A stretch of DNA of 64,000 bases from an uncultured Klebsiella sp. (GCA_964555355.1 CAZKRY010000003.1:192878-256877); one strand, 5' to 3'. Shown: positions 48,122-57,127, counted from the stretch's first letter. The notes: a model not told the origin generated them from the sequence alone. Program-made: numbers and translations.

Positions 48122-49351
48122 TTATCCTTCCGTTACCTTAACGACCCCCTCTGCGACTAACGCATCCGCACGTTCAGTGGCATAGCCTAATTCCGTTAAA
48201 ACATCGCGCGAATGCTGGCCGAGTAACGGCGCCGCTACCGGCGCGCGTAACGGAGTGTCGGCAAGTTTGAACGACAAAGCCACATTCGGCACCGTGCCGA
48301 TGGTGGGGTGCGGCACCTGCGTTAACATGCCGCGTGCCGCGATCTCAGGACCATCAAACGCTTCCGAGACTTTGTTGACCGCGCCGGCCGGTACGCCGGC
48401 TTCGCGCAGGCGTGCCAGCCATACTTCACGGCTTTGTGTGCGAAGGATCTCGTCGAGCAGCGGCATGAGTTCCGCGTAGCGGGCGTTACGGTCGGCAATC
48501 CTTGCGTAATGTGGATGTTCGGCCAAATCCGGCCGCGCGAGCGCCTGCGCGGCCATTCGCTGCCAGGTGCGATCGTTCGCGCACGCAATAAAAATAGGGC
48601 CGTCCGCGGTTTCGAAGACCGCAACCGGTACCGCATCGCGGCTGCTATTGCCCATGCGTTGCGGCTCTTTGCCGGTCATCAAATAGTTCAGCGGATGAAA
48701 GCCGGCCATGTATACGGCCTGATCGAACAACGCGCATTCGATGTACTGACCGCGGCCCACGCGGTCGCGCGCGAACAGGGCCGCCAACACCGCATTAGAC
48801 GCCATCATGCCGGTGCTGATATCGATGATGGATGGCCCTGTCCGCACACCCACGCCGGCGGGCTCACCGTTCAATGCCATGAACCCGCTTTCGGCTTGTG
48901 TGATTGGATCGAACCCCAAGCGATCGGCGAGCGGGCCCGTACGGCCGTACGCCGAGATGGAGCAGTAGATCAATTTGGGATGCCGTGCGGCGAGTGTCTC
49001 GTAATCCAATCCGAAGCGAGCCATCACGCCGGTGGAGTAGTTCTCCACCAAGATGTCAGCTTGCGCGACGATGTCGCGCGCGACAGCCTGACCCGCTTCC
49101 GACTGCAGATCGAGTGCGATACTGCGTTTGTTGCGGTTGGCCCAGATGAAGGGTGTGGTTTCTTGCGGCGGAAAGCGCGGGCCGATGCGGCGAAAGTCAT
49201 CGCCACCGTCGATTTTCTCGATTTTGATGATGTCCGCGCCGAGATCACTCAAGATCAACGTACAGATCGGTCCCGCGACAAAATGCGAAAAATCGGCAAC
49301 TTTAATTCCGGCGAGCGCGCCAGGCTTTGCGGCATCAGTCATGGATGACAA
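48122..49351 (-). CDS. CoA-transferase family III (CaiB/BaiF) protein
   Basis: GIKVADFSHFVAGPICTLILSDLGADIIKIE N-terminus. Confidence 0.9.
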   Translation of the reverse strand: MSSMTDAAKPGALAGIKVADFSHFVAGPICTLILSDLGADIIKIEKIDGGDDFRRIGPRFPPQETTPFIWANRNKRSIALDLQSEAGQAVARDIVAQADILVENYSTGVMARFGLDYETLAARHPKLIYCSISAYGRTGPLADRLGFDPITQAESGFMALNGEPAGVGVRTGPSIIDISTGMMASNAVLAALFARDRVGRGQYIECALFDQAVYMAGFHPLNYLMTGKEPQRMGNSSRDAVPVAVFETADGPIFIACANDRTWQRMAAQALARPDLAEHPHYARIADRNARYAELMPLLDEILRTQSREVWLARLREAGVPAGAVNKVSEAFDGPEIAARGMLTQVPHPTIGTVPNVALSFKLADTPLRAPVAAPLLGQHSRDVLTELGYATERADALVAEGVVKVTEG

Positions 49352-49378
49352 GTAACTTAATGTTATCGGACGCGCGAG

Positions 49379-49906
49379 TTACGCAGACGGCGGCTGCGCC
49401 GTCAATATCCAATTCAGCACGTCGTTTGCATCCCGCGTGCCCCACACCCCTGTTTGACCACGCCCCCGCGCACCCGATACCAGATCGACGCGTCGCCACT
49501 CGGTCGCAACCACCCGGTAGGCGATACGCCAAACTCCACTTCGTCGCTCAAAGCGATCGACATAACGAATGCCCATGACATCGTCCTTACCGTGACCATC
49601 CGCATCTTCGCGCCGATGATAGGCAACCGCGTAAGTTTCCGCGCGCGCGACCTCTCCTTCAATCTCAATCAGCATATTGCCCATGAAATGTTGCGTAGCC
49701 GTCCAACGCGCGGTGAACGAATCCGCGGCGGCGACAAAGTCAGACACAGTTCCCTTAAAACTACCGTGGTCGTCGTACGCATCCGAGTGGTAGCAGCTGC
49801 GCACGAGTTCAAAGTCGCGGCGATCAATGCCGCGGGCATAGCGATAAATGACATCGGCGATTTGCTGCCGGGATAATAACGCATCGACGGTGGTGATTTC
49901 TGACAT
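49379..49906 (-). CDS. NTF2-like (SnoaL/DUF4440-type) protein
   Basis: Size and sequence pattern. Confidence 0.55.
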   Translation of the reverse strand: MSEITTVDALLSRQQIADVIYRYARGIDRRDFELVRSCYHSDAYDDHGSFKGTVSDFVAAADSFTARWTATQHFMGNMLIEIEGEVARAETYAVAYHRREDADGHGKDDVMGIRYVDRFERRSGVWRIAYRVVATEWRRVDLVSGARGRGQTGVWGTRDANDVLNWILTAQPPSA

Positions 49907-49943
49907 GGAACCTCCCCTATGCACCAACATTCTGCACGATTAT

Positions 49944-50339
49944 TCAGTTACGCCGTGCACTCAAATACCAAAAATAAAGTATCGGTGGCAGCGCCAACTC
50001 CGAGACGAGCAAGAGCTTGACCCACAGCGTCGGGGCACCATGCTCATACCACGCGACAAAACGCGCCGCACCCGCCAAGAAGAATACGCAGAGCAGCGAC
50101 TTAAAAATTGGCGCGTAACGTTCCAAATCAGTTGCACAGAGATAGAGCACGATGCCATAGAACGCGAACGCCACGCCATAAAAACGATTCTGACTGCTCA
50201 GCGATGGCTCGTGGATGATCACCGCAGAGAGCTTCGCGCCGAGTAAGACATCCGCATTCAAGCCGAGTATCAGGTGAAGCGCCGCCACCACTAAAAACAC
50301 CGGCGAGATTAACTTCAGCACCATCACAAGCTGGCGCAT
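49944..50339 (-). CDS. DUF4345-like small membrane protein (4 TM)
   Basis: Hydrophobic topology. Confidence 0.45.
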   Translation of the reverse strand: MRQLVMVLKLISPVFLVVAALHLILGLNADVLLGAKLSAVIIHEPSLSSQNRFYGVAFAFYGIVLYLCATDLERYAPIFKSLLCVFFLAGAARFVAWYEHGAPTLWVKLLLVSELALPPILYFWYLSARRN

Positions 50340-50404
50340 GGCCCCCCCAAGTCTATCGATTTAAAGCATCTTTACCGCAACTGGCGAATACCGCTTCCGC
50401 ATCT

Positions 50405-50761
50405 TCACTCCGCGCTCGGCCACACCTCTTCCAAGCTGCGCAGCGCGCCGACCGCATTCGGCCAACCGGCGTAGTGCGCGGCGTGCGTGATCATCTCGAC
50501 CAGCTTGTCGCGCGAAATGCCTAAACGACGCGCGGCGGCGAAGTGGAAACGTTGTTCGGGTTCGCGTGCCAGCGCGGTCAGAATGGTGCAGGTGACGAGC
50601 GAGCGTTCTTCCAACGCGAGCGCATTGCCCTGCCAAACGTCGCCGAAAAGATGCTCTAGTGTGTAGTCGCGAAAGCGTTTGGGGAAACGATCGAGCGCGC
50701 CCGGATTATCAGTCAAACGTTCAAGTAAGGCGCGGCCTTTGGCGGCTTGTTCATCGCTCAT
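50405..50761 (-). CDS. Carboxymuconolactone decarboxylase (AhpD-like) family protein
   Basis: ~118 aa with the CxxxH AhpD-like motif region (TCTILTA). Confidence 0.65.
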   Translation of the reverse strand: MSDEQAAKGRALLERLTDNPGALDRFPKRFRDYTLEHLFGDVWQGNALALEERSLVTCTILTALAREPEQRFHFAAARRLGISRDKLVEMITHAAHYAGWPNAVGALRSLEEVWPSAE

Positions 50762-50939
50762 GAAATCCTCCCCGAATTTTGTTGAAGTGTACCGGACCGT
50801 CTCCGCGAGCCGGCGCCAGCACCACGTTAGCGCATGCGGCGCCTTCGTAACAGTTCAGCGGAGACCCGCGACCGGTTCCCCTGCAGCCCGTCCGTTCTGC
50901 TACGCTTCCCGGTATGGAAACCCGCCTAACCACGCCCGC

Positions 50940-51914
50940 ATGAGCGAAGACTACAGCCGCGAAATCCCTGAAGAGTTAATGCCGACGCAGGACGAGGTGC
51001 GCTACGACTTAAATGCCGCACTCGCCGCCGTGGTATCGCTGCGTGTGCAGGTACCGGACGCGGCGTTTACGGCTAGCGTGCTGGGGACGGAGCGTGCGGG
51101 ACATGGCGTGTTAATCGAATCCCCCGGCCTTATCCTTACCATCGGCTACTTGATCACGGAAGCCGAACAGGTGTGGGTGCTCGATGACAAAGGCGGCGTG
51201 GTCACGGGCGATGTGGTTGCCTACGACTACGAAACCGGATTTGGTCTTGTACAAGCGCTTGGTAAGATGTCCGCGCGTCCGCTTGAGCTTGGCAGTATTA
51301 AACAGCTGAGCGTCGGCCAGAGTGTGGTTGTGGCCGGCCACGGTGGTGCTTCACAGGCGCTCACCGCGGCGGTGATAGCCAAGCAGGAATTCGCGGGGTA
51401 TTGGGAATACGTGCTGGATGAAGCGCTATTCACCGCCCCTCCGCATCCGAATTGGGGTGGCGCGGCGGTGTTGGGGCCCGATGGCAAGGTATGTGCGATT
51501 GGCTCGCTCTTTATGGATCAAGTCGCGCATGGGGAACCGGCTATTGCCGGCAACATGAGCGTACCAGTCGATTTGCTGCACCCCATCTTGCCGGAACTTC
51601 TGACTTACGGACGCACATTAAAGCCGGCGCGACCGTGGCTTGGAATGTTCGTGTCCCACATGCAAGGGCAATTGCTGGTCGTCGGTCTCTATCAATCCGG
51701 GCCCGCCGCCAAAACCATCAAACCAGGCGATGTGGTGTTAGCGGTGGCAGGGCAACCAGTGCGCGAACTAGCGGCCTGTTTTCGCGCGATTTGGTCGTAT
51801 GGCCATGCCGGTACGGAGATCCCACTGACGGTGCAGCGTGACGGACGTGTGCTGGAACTCAACATTGCCTCCGTCGATCGGCGCGATTTTTGGTATAAGC
51901 CGCGGCTGCATTGA
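50940..51914 (+). CDS. S1C (DegP/HtrA-like) trypsin-fold protein with C-terminal PDZ domain; catalytic residues apparently substituted
   Basis: Trypsin-like fold and PDZ (KPGDVVLAVAGQPV). At the GNSGG position the sequence reads PNWGGA; at the His position it reads TIGY. Confidence 0.65.
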   Translation: MSEDYSREIPEELMPTQDEVRYDLNAALAAVVSLRVQVPDAAFTASVLGTERAGHGVLIESPGLILTIGYLITEAEQVWVLDDKGGVVTGDVVAYDYETGFGLVQALGKMSARPLELGSIKQLSVGQSVVVAGHGGASQALTAAVIAKQEFAGYWEYVLDEALFTAPPHPNWGGAAVLGPDGKVCAIGSLFMDQVAHGEPAIAGNMSVPVDLLHPILPELLTYGRTLKPARPWLGMFVSHMQGQLLVVGLYQSGPAAKTIKPGDVVLAVAGQPVRELAACFRAIWSYGHAGTEIPLTVQRDGRVLELNIASVDRRDFWYKPRLH

Positions 51915-51925
51915 TACGTTGTCGC

Positions 51926-51955
51926 CGGTTGGGGTGAGCAAAGCGAACCCCAACG
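51926..51955 (+). repeat. REP-like element, family A, third copy (CCGGTTGGGGTGAGCAAAGCGAACCCCAACG)
   Basis: Matches 47992..48024. Confidence 0.65.
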
Positions 51956-51958
51956 ATC

Positions 51959-53032
51959 CTAAATCGCCTCCGCGATCGCCTTGCCTAACTCCACCGTGCC
52001 GGCAGTGCCGCCGATGTCACGCGTGAGTGGCGCGTGCTTCGGCCCCGCCGCGAGTACTGCTTTGATCGCATTGAATATCGCATCATGCGCCCCTTGATAC
52101 CCTAAGAATTCCAGCATCAGCGCTGCCGACCAGATCTGCCCAATTGGGTTTGCGATCCCCTTGCCGGCGATGTCCGGCGCAGAACCATGCACGGGTTCGA
52201 ACAAACTCGGCGTGGTGCGTTCCGGATTAACATTGGCGGACGGTGCGATTCCAATAGTGCCAGTGCACGCCGGCCCTAAATCCGACAGGATGTCGCCAAA
52301 CAAATTACTGGCGACAACAACATCAAACCAATCCGGATGCATGACAAAGTTCGCGGTCAATATATCGATGTGATATTGGTCGACGCGCACACCGGGAAAT
52401 TGTTTGGCCATTGCTGCCACGCGCTCATCCCAGAACGGCATGCTGATCGACAGCCCATTCGATTTGGTGGCCGAGGTGAGATGTTTTTTCGGTCGCTTGG
52501 CGGCGAGTTCAAAGGCGAATTTCAATACACGATCAACGCCTGTGCGGGTCATCACTGTTTCTTGTACGACGATCTCGCGCGGTGTCCCTTGGAACATGCG
52601 CCCGCCCATGTTGCTGTATTCGCCTTCGGTATTTTCCCGCACGACGTAAAAATCGATTTCGCCGGGCGCGCGATTGGCGAGCGGCGACGCGATCCCCGGC
52701 ATCAAATGCACCGGGCGTAAATTCACGTACTGATCGAATTCGCGCCGAAAAGTCAAAATCGAACCCCACACGGAGATGTGATCAGGCACCGTTGCGGGCC
52801 AACCCACCGCGCCGAAAAATATCGCATCGTGCCCGCCGATTTGGTCTTTCCAATCCGCGGGCAGCATCGCGCCGTGTTTGACGTAATACGCGCACGATCC
52901 GAAATCGAAATGATCGAACGCGAGTGAAATACCAAAACGTCGCGAGGCGGCGTCGAGTGCGCGCAATCCTTCCGGCACGACTTCAAGACCAATACCGTCA
53001 CCGGCGATGACCGCGATGCGATGTGTACTCAT
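51959..53032 (-). CDS. Tartrate dehydrogenase/decarboxylase (D-malate dehydrogenase; isocitrate/isopropylmalate DH family)
   Basis: [31 protein letters not shown] closely parallels Pseudomonas TDH. Confidence 0.85.
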   Translation of the reverse strand: MSTHRIAVIAGDGIGLEVVPEGLRALDAASRRFGISLAFDHFDFGSCAYYVKHGAMLPADWKDQIGGHDAIFFGAVGWPATVPDHISVWGSILTFRREFDQYVNLRPVHLMPGIASPLANRAPGEIDFYVVRENTEGEYSNMGGRMFQGTPREIVVQETVMTRTGVDRVLKFAFELAAKRPKKHLTSATKSNGLSISMPFWDERVAAMAKQFPGVRVDQYHIDILTANFVMHPDWFDVVVASNLFGDILSDLGPACTGTIGIAPSANVNPERTTPSLFEPVHGSAPDIAGKGIANPIGQIWSAALMLEFLGYQGAHDAIFNAIKAVLAAGPKHAPLTRDIGGTAGTVELGKAIAEAI

Positions 53033-53334
53033 GAGTGATCCTTAAATTGAGATAAATCAGTGCCGTCACAGTTTGCGACAAAGCCGGCTTGCGAAATCAC
53101 GGTCGCGAACTACACTTAAGATCATACCCAGTGCGGTGGGAATACCGCACGAAGTAGGCCGGAGCCGATGGATAAACGTGCGTACGAGCGCTTATCCGAA
53201 CTGGCAGGTGCTGATGAGCCATAGCGCCATCTGCCTAATTAGGCCGCCAGGTGACGAACATCGCCTCCGTGGTGTTGTAAGAGATGATCTCCTTTAAGCT
53301 ACCAAACCCCGCTTCGGCGGGGTTTCATTTTTGC
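53033..53334 (+). ncRNA. Candidate structured small RNA, or 27-aa peptide gene, ending in an intrinsic terminator
   Basis: 300-bp region with no convincing ORF and multiple hairpins (GTGCGGT-gggaat-ACCGCAC; GGCAG..CTGCC). Ends in AAACCCCGC-ttcg-GCGGGGTTT plus TCATTTTT on the plus strand. Confidence 0.35.
53304..53334 (+). terminator. Intrinsic terminator (9-bp GC stem plus U-tract) on the plus strand; the U-tract lies within the 3' end of the convergent SRAP gene
   Basis: aaaccccgcttcggcggggtttcatttttg. Confidence 0.7.
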
Positions 53335-54008
53335 GGAAGTGGCAATACTAATCTAGCGTCTTCATTCCGCGCATTGCCAACCGCATTACCCACCTTGTGA
53401 TAGGTCACCGGAATCGACTCCGGCTGTAGCCAGTGCTCCGCCTCTTGCACGCCAGCAGTGAGCCACGGTAACCAGTCGCGAGTGGCGAGCACGCGCGGTT
53501 GGCGATCGTGCACTTCGCGCACGATGTCGAGCGCGGCGGTAGTGATGATGGTGTAACTGAACAGCACATCGTCGGCACTGCCCCACTGTGACCAGAGTCC
53601 CGCAAACATCATTGGATTGCGGGCATCTTGAGCGTGAAAGTAATACGGCTGTTTGGTTTTCGGCGTGAATTCTTGCCACTCATACCAGCCAGTGACCGGC
53701 ACCAAACAGCGCTGTGCTGCACGCCAAGGTTGGCGGTAACTGGGTTTACCGGTGAGTTCCTCGGCGCGCGCGTTGATGGTGGAGTAACTGATTTTCAGAT
53801 CTTTTGCCCAATGCGGAATTAACCCCCAGCGCATGGGTTTGACGGCGGGTTCGCCATCCGTGAGCACGACAACCGGCATGGTCTGCGTCGGCGCGATGTT
53901 GTAGCGCGCGATCTCGGCAAGCGGGTTTTCAACGATCTCCATCCAGCCGTCTTGCCAGGCCGGATCGTCGCTGTGAAAAGGGCCGTAAAGCGCATAGCGT
54001 CCGCACAT
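53325..54008 (-). CDS. SOS response-associated peptidase (SRAP/YedK, abasic-site processing)
   Basis: MCGRY N-terminus with catalytic Cys2, ~227 aa. Confidence 0.8.
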   Translation of the reverse strand: MCGRYALYGPFHSDDPAWQDGWMEIVENPLAEIARYNIAPTQTMPVVVLTDGEPAVKPMRWGLIPHWAKDLKISYSTINARAEELTGKPSYRQPWRAAQRCLVPVTGWYEWQEFTPKTKQPYYFHAQDARNPMMFAGLWSQWGSADDVLFSYTIITTAALDIVREVHDRQPRVLATRDWLPWLTAGVQEAEHWLQPESIPVTYHKVGNAVGNARNEDARLVLPLPQK

Positions 54009-54042
54009 GCGGCAAGTGTAGCGCGCTTGTTATCATGCGCCG

Positions 54043-54969
54043 ATGCCCGAACTCATCTTGCACCACTACGACATCTCGTCTTTTTCCGAGAAGATTCGAC
54101 TCATCTTCGGTTTAAAAGGCTTGGCGTGGCGTTCCGTCATCATCCCGGCGACGCTACCTAAGCCGCACTATACGGCGCTGACGGGCGGCTATCGGCACAC
54201 GCCGAGCTTACAAATTGGCGCCGATGTTTACTGCGATACGCGGTTGATCACTGACGAGTTGGAACATCGTTATCCACACCCGACGCTGTTTCCAAATGGG
54301 CAAGTTGGTTTGTGCCGCGCGCTCGAGACATGGGCCGAAGGCGATTTCTTTTGGCACTGCGCGCGCGCCGTGGTGGGCGCGAATGCGGCCAGCTTGCCGG
54401 AAGAGTTTCATGCCGATCGCGCGGCGATGCGGGGTAAACATCCGCCGTCTCTTGTCCGCACGCAACAAGCGGGCCGGGATGCCGCGACGCAGCTGCGCGC
54501 CGTCGCCGCGGAAGTTAACAACCTCGTATCACACACATCCCCGTTTCTGCTCGGTGCGGCCCCGAGTCTTGCGGATTTAGCGCTTTATCACGGGCTATGG
54601 TTTTTGAACCAGTTTGAACATCGGTTACGCCATGAATTTTTTCCCTCCGCGACATTGCATACGTGGATGCAGCACATCGCGGCGCTTGGTCATGGCACAC
54701 GAATGGAAATGATTGACACGGAAGCACTTGCCGAAGCGCGCGCCGCCTCACCACATACAGTCGAAGAAAAAACGGACGCCCCCGCGCTGCCGGTGGGCTG
54801 CAACATCGTCGTCGAGCCGGTGGCGAAGACTTCTCCGGCGGTGTCCGGAAAATTAGTTTTCTGTGACGCGACGCGCGTGACGCTAAAACGTAGCCATGCA
54901 CTGACAGGTGAGGTGCATGTTCATTTTCCGCAGTTGGGGTATCGAATTACACGGGCAGCGACAGCGTGA
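54043..54969 (+). CDS. Glutathione S-transferase family protein with C-terminal extension
   Basis: Thioredoxin-like GST N-domain. Confidence 0.65.
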   Translation: MPELILHHYDISSFSEKIRLIFGLKGLAWRSVIIPATLPKPHYTALTGGYRHTPSLQIGADVYCDTRLITDELEHRYPHPTLFPNGQVGLCRALETWAEGDFFWHCARAVVGANAASLPEEFHADRAAMRGKHPPSLVRTQQAGRDAATQLRAVAAEVNNLVSHTSPFLLGAAPSLADLALYHGLWFLNQFEHRLRHEFFPSATLHTWMQHIAALGHGTRMEMIDTEALAEARAASPHTVEEKTDAPALPVGCNIVVEPVAKTSPAVSGKLVFCDATRVTLKRSHALTGEVHVHFPQLGYRITRAATA

Positions 54970-55747
54970 TGCTGACCGGACAATGATCGCTGCCGAGGAC
55001 ATTCGGATGGATCTCGGCGGCTTGCACCGCGCCTTTTAGCTGCGGTGAGACCAACACATAGTCGATTCTCCATCCGATATTGCGCGCACGCGCGTTGGCG
55101 AAATGGCTCCACCAGGTGTAATGGCCATTGCCTTGTTTGAATAGCCGCAAGGTATCGATAAACCCCGCGTCGACGAAATTCTGGAAACCTTCGCGTTCTT
55201 CGTCGGTAAAACCCTTCTTGCCGCGATTGGGTTTGGGATTGGCGAGATCGAGTTCCGTATGCGCCACATTGAGATCGCCGCAGAAAATGACCGGTTTGGT
55301 CTTCTCCAATTGCTTGCAGTAAGCGAGAAACGCCGGATCCCATTGTTGGTGACGTAGCGGCAGGCGGGTTAAGTCTTCTTTCGCATTTGGGGTGTACACC
55401 GTGACGACGTAGAACTGGGCGTACTCCGCGGTAATGACGCGCCCTTCGTCCGCGGCATCGCCATACTCGTCGCCTAATTGATATTTTTTCGCAAACGCTG
55501 ACGGAAAACCTTTGCTGACGGTGAGCGGTTCCTGCTTGGAAAATATCGCCGTACCTGAATAGCCCTTTTTAATCGCGGAATTCCAGTATTCGTGATAATC
55601 CGGTAAATCGACTTCGGTTTGTTCACGCTCGGCCTTGGTTTCCTGCAGGCAGAGAATGTCCGGCTGATGTTGCGTCAGAAACGGATAGAACACGCCTTTC
55701 TTCAATACCGCGCGTAGACCGTTGACGTTCCAAGAATAAATTTTCAT
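54947..55747 (-). CDS. xthA: Exodeoxyribonuclease III (AP endonuclease)
   Basis: MKIYSWNVNGLRA, LQETK, SDHCPV. Confidence 0.95.
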   Translation of the reverse strand: MKIYSWNVNGLRAVLKKGVFYPFLTQHQPDILCLQETKAEREQTEVDLPDYHEYWNSAIKKGYSGTAIFSKQEPLTVSKGFPSAFAKKYQLGDEYGDAADEGRVITAEYAQFYVVTVYTPNAKEDLTRLPLRHQQWDPAFLAYCKQLEKTKPVIFCGDLNVAHTELDLANPKPNRGKKGFTDEEREGFQNFVDAGFIDTLRLFKQGNGHYTWWSHFANARARNIGWRIDYVLVSPQLKGAVQAAEIHPNVLGSDHCPVSITLSLPV

Positions 55748-55836
55748 TCGAAAAATTTTCCGTGTGGACGAGCAAGCCGGCAGTCTAGGCGGGGACTTGT
55801 GGATCCAGCAAGCTGTGAGTCAGATCGACAAGATCC

Positions 55837-56244
55837 TTAAGCGCGGCGACGGATCGCCGTGACGAATTGCACAAAGTCGTTCACGTGATGGAGCAGGATG
55901 TCGACCAATATATTCGGATCAACTTTGGCGTAGCCGTGCACTACGAGATTACGGAAACCTGCAATCGCCTGCATACGAGCCGCAAGATCGTGATCGATCC
56001 AGCCTGCGCTCTCCAGCAACAGAAACATTTCTCGGTTCGTCTTCGGCTCGCCTAAACGCTCGTCAGAGACGATATGTGACGCGACATCGAGTGCAGCCTG
56101 CGCTGCCATCTGCAGGGTATGCGCGACGAAACGTTCTTCGCGAAGGTCGGTAGTAATCGCGACGGGGCGTGCGAGGCGTTGGAGATCGGCGAGCATTGTT
56201 TCGATGAACGCGAGTTGCTTGGCGACCAAGTCAGGATCGGTCAT
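55837..56244 (-). CDS. hepT: HepT-family (DUF86) ribonuclease toxin
   Basis: Rx4HxY motif RNLVVHGY. Confidence 0.8.
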   Translation of the reverse strand: MTDPDLVAKQLAFIETMLADLQRLARPVAITTDLREERFVAHTLQMAAQAALDVASHIVSDERLGEPKTNREMFLLLESAGWIDHDLAARMQAIAGFRNLVVHGYAKVDPNILVDILLHHVNDFVQFVTAIRRRA

Positions 56245-56642
56245 GCGTGCTCGGACCTTGCCTGCCGATAACGCTCCCGCACCGGCGCGAGATCGAAGTA
56301 CTCATTACGTGCGCGTACTTCAAAACGGATCCTGGCTGCCTTATCGCGATCGATGAGCAGTACTCCATCACGCAACACGCGATGAATAAGGTCAGCTTCG
56401 GCATGGTTCAGCACGATTAAATCGACCGGCCGGCGTACGGTCTCTTCGAGCGCGCGGGCTAAATCATCACGTAGCCCTACCAGCGTTGCCGGTGGTGCGG
56501 TATCGAGGAGTACCGCGATATCCAGATCGCTGTCTGGGCCGGCCTCCCCGCGTGCCTGGCTCCCAAAGAGATAAGCGCATACGACCTCAGCCGCCATGTT
56601 TAACGGGGCGCGAAGTTGCGTCGCGATAGTCGGGGTGTCCAT
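56241..56642 (-). CDS. mntA: MntA-family nucleotidyltransferase antitoxin
   Basis: GSQARGEAGPDSDLDIAV nucleotidyltransferase motif; 4-bp overlap with hepT. Confidence 0.8.
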   Translation of the reverse strand: MDTPTIATQLRAPLNMAAEVVCAYLFGSQARGEAGPDSDLDIAVLLDTAPPATLVGLRDDLARALEETVRRPVDLIVLNHAEADLIHRVLRDGVLLIDRDKAARIRFEVRARNEYFDLAPVRERYRQARSEHA

Positions 56643-56678
56643 TCAAAAATTATAGCGCTGCGGGTCCATATAAATTTT

Positions 56679-57127
56679 GGGACACCCACTAAATCGATAA
56701 CCCGCTAGCACCCTTCCCAAAAGGTACATATATTTGTACCTATGGAAGCACTCACTCGACGCCAACAGGCCATCCTTCACTTTGTAGTCGCCCGCATTGC
56801 CGCACATGGGCTGCCGCCGACCCTGGCCGAGATCGCGCAAGCCTTTGAATTCAATCAGGCTCGGGCCGCGCAAAAACACCTAGCCGCCCTTGCCACCAAA
56901 GGCTATTTAGAACTCCTGCCCGGGAAGGCACGGGGGATCCGGATATTGAGGACACCCATCAATTCGGGCTTCGGCGATTTTAATAACGGTAATAACGGGA
57001 CACCCACTGATTGGGATGACCCAAATTCGGGGACACCCATCGAATTGCCCATTGAATTGGGCGGGGGCTCGGCAGGGCAATTCGGGGACACCCATCGAAA
57101 TAAATTCAGGACACCCATCAAAATAAG
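56679..57127 (+). repeat. Six direct copies of a ~16-nt motif GG(G)ACACCCAYYRAWW: one in the lexA promoter (56679) and five inside the lexA ORF (56949, 56997, 57029, 57084, 57108)
   Basis: Copies read directly from the sequence. Several are preceded by AATTCGG and followed by CGAATT (hairpin potential). Confidence 0.8.
56723..56740. promoter_or_regulatory. Palindrome GGTACATATATTTGTACC (GTAC-N8-GTAC) ending 2 bp before the lexA ATG; candidate SOS operator
   Basis: Read directly from the sequence. Confidence 0.45.

Noticed and set aside
53073-53297. 74-aa Arg-rich ORF (TTG start) as a protein gene
   Set aside because: No RBS, low-complexity basic composition. The region is better explained as a structured RNA, possibly with a 27-aa micro-ORF.
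56643-56741. Canonical gammaproteobacterial LexA box CTGT-N8-ACAG upstream of lexA
   Set aside because: Not present. Only the GTAC-N8-GTAC palindrome is found, and it is reported as a candidate.
56679-57127. CRISPR array interpretation of the lexA repeats
   Set aside because: Repeat unit is ~16 nt, spacers are irregular (14-40 nt), and the array sits inside an intact ORF. It is not CRISPR-like.
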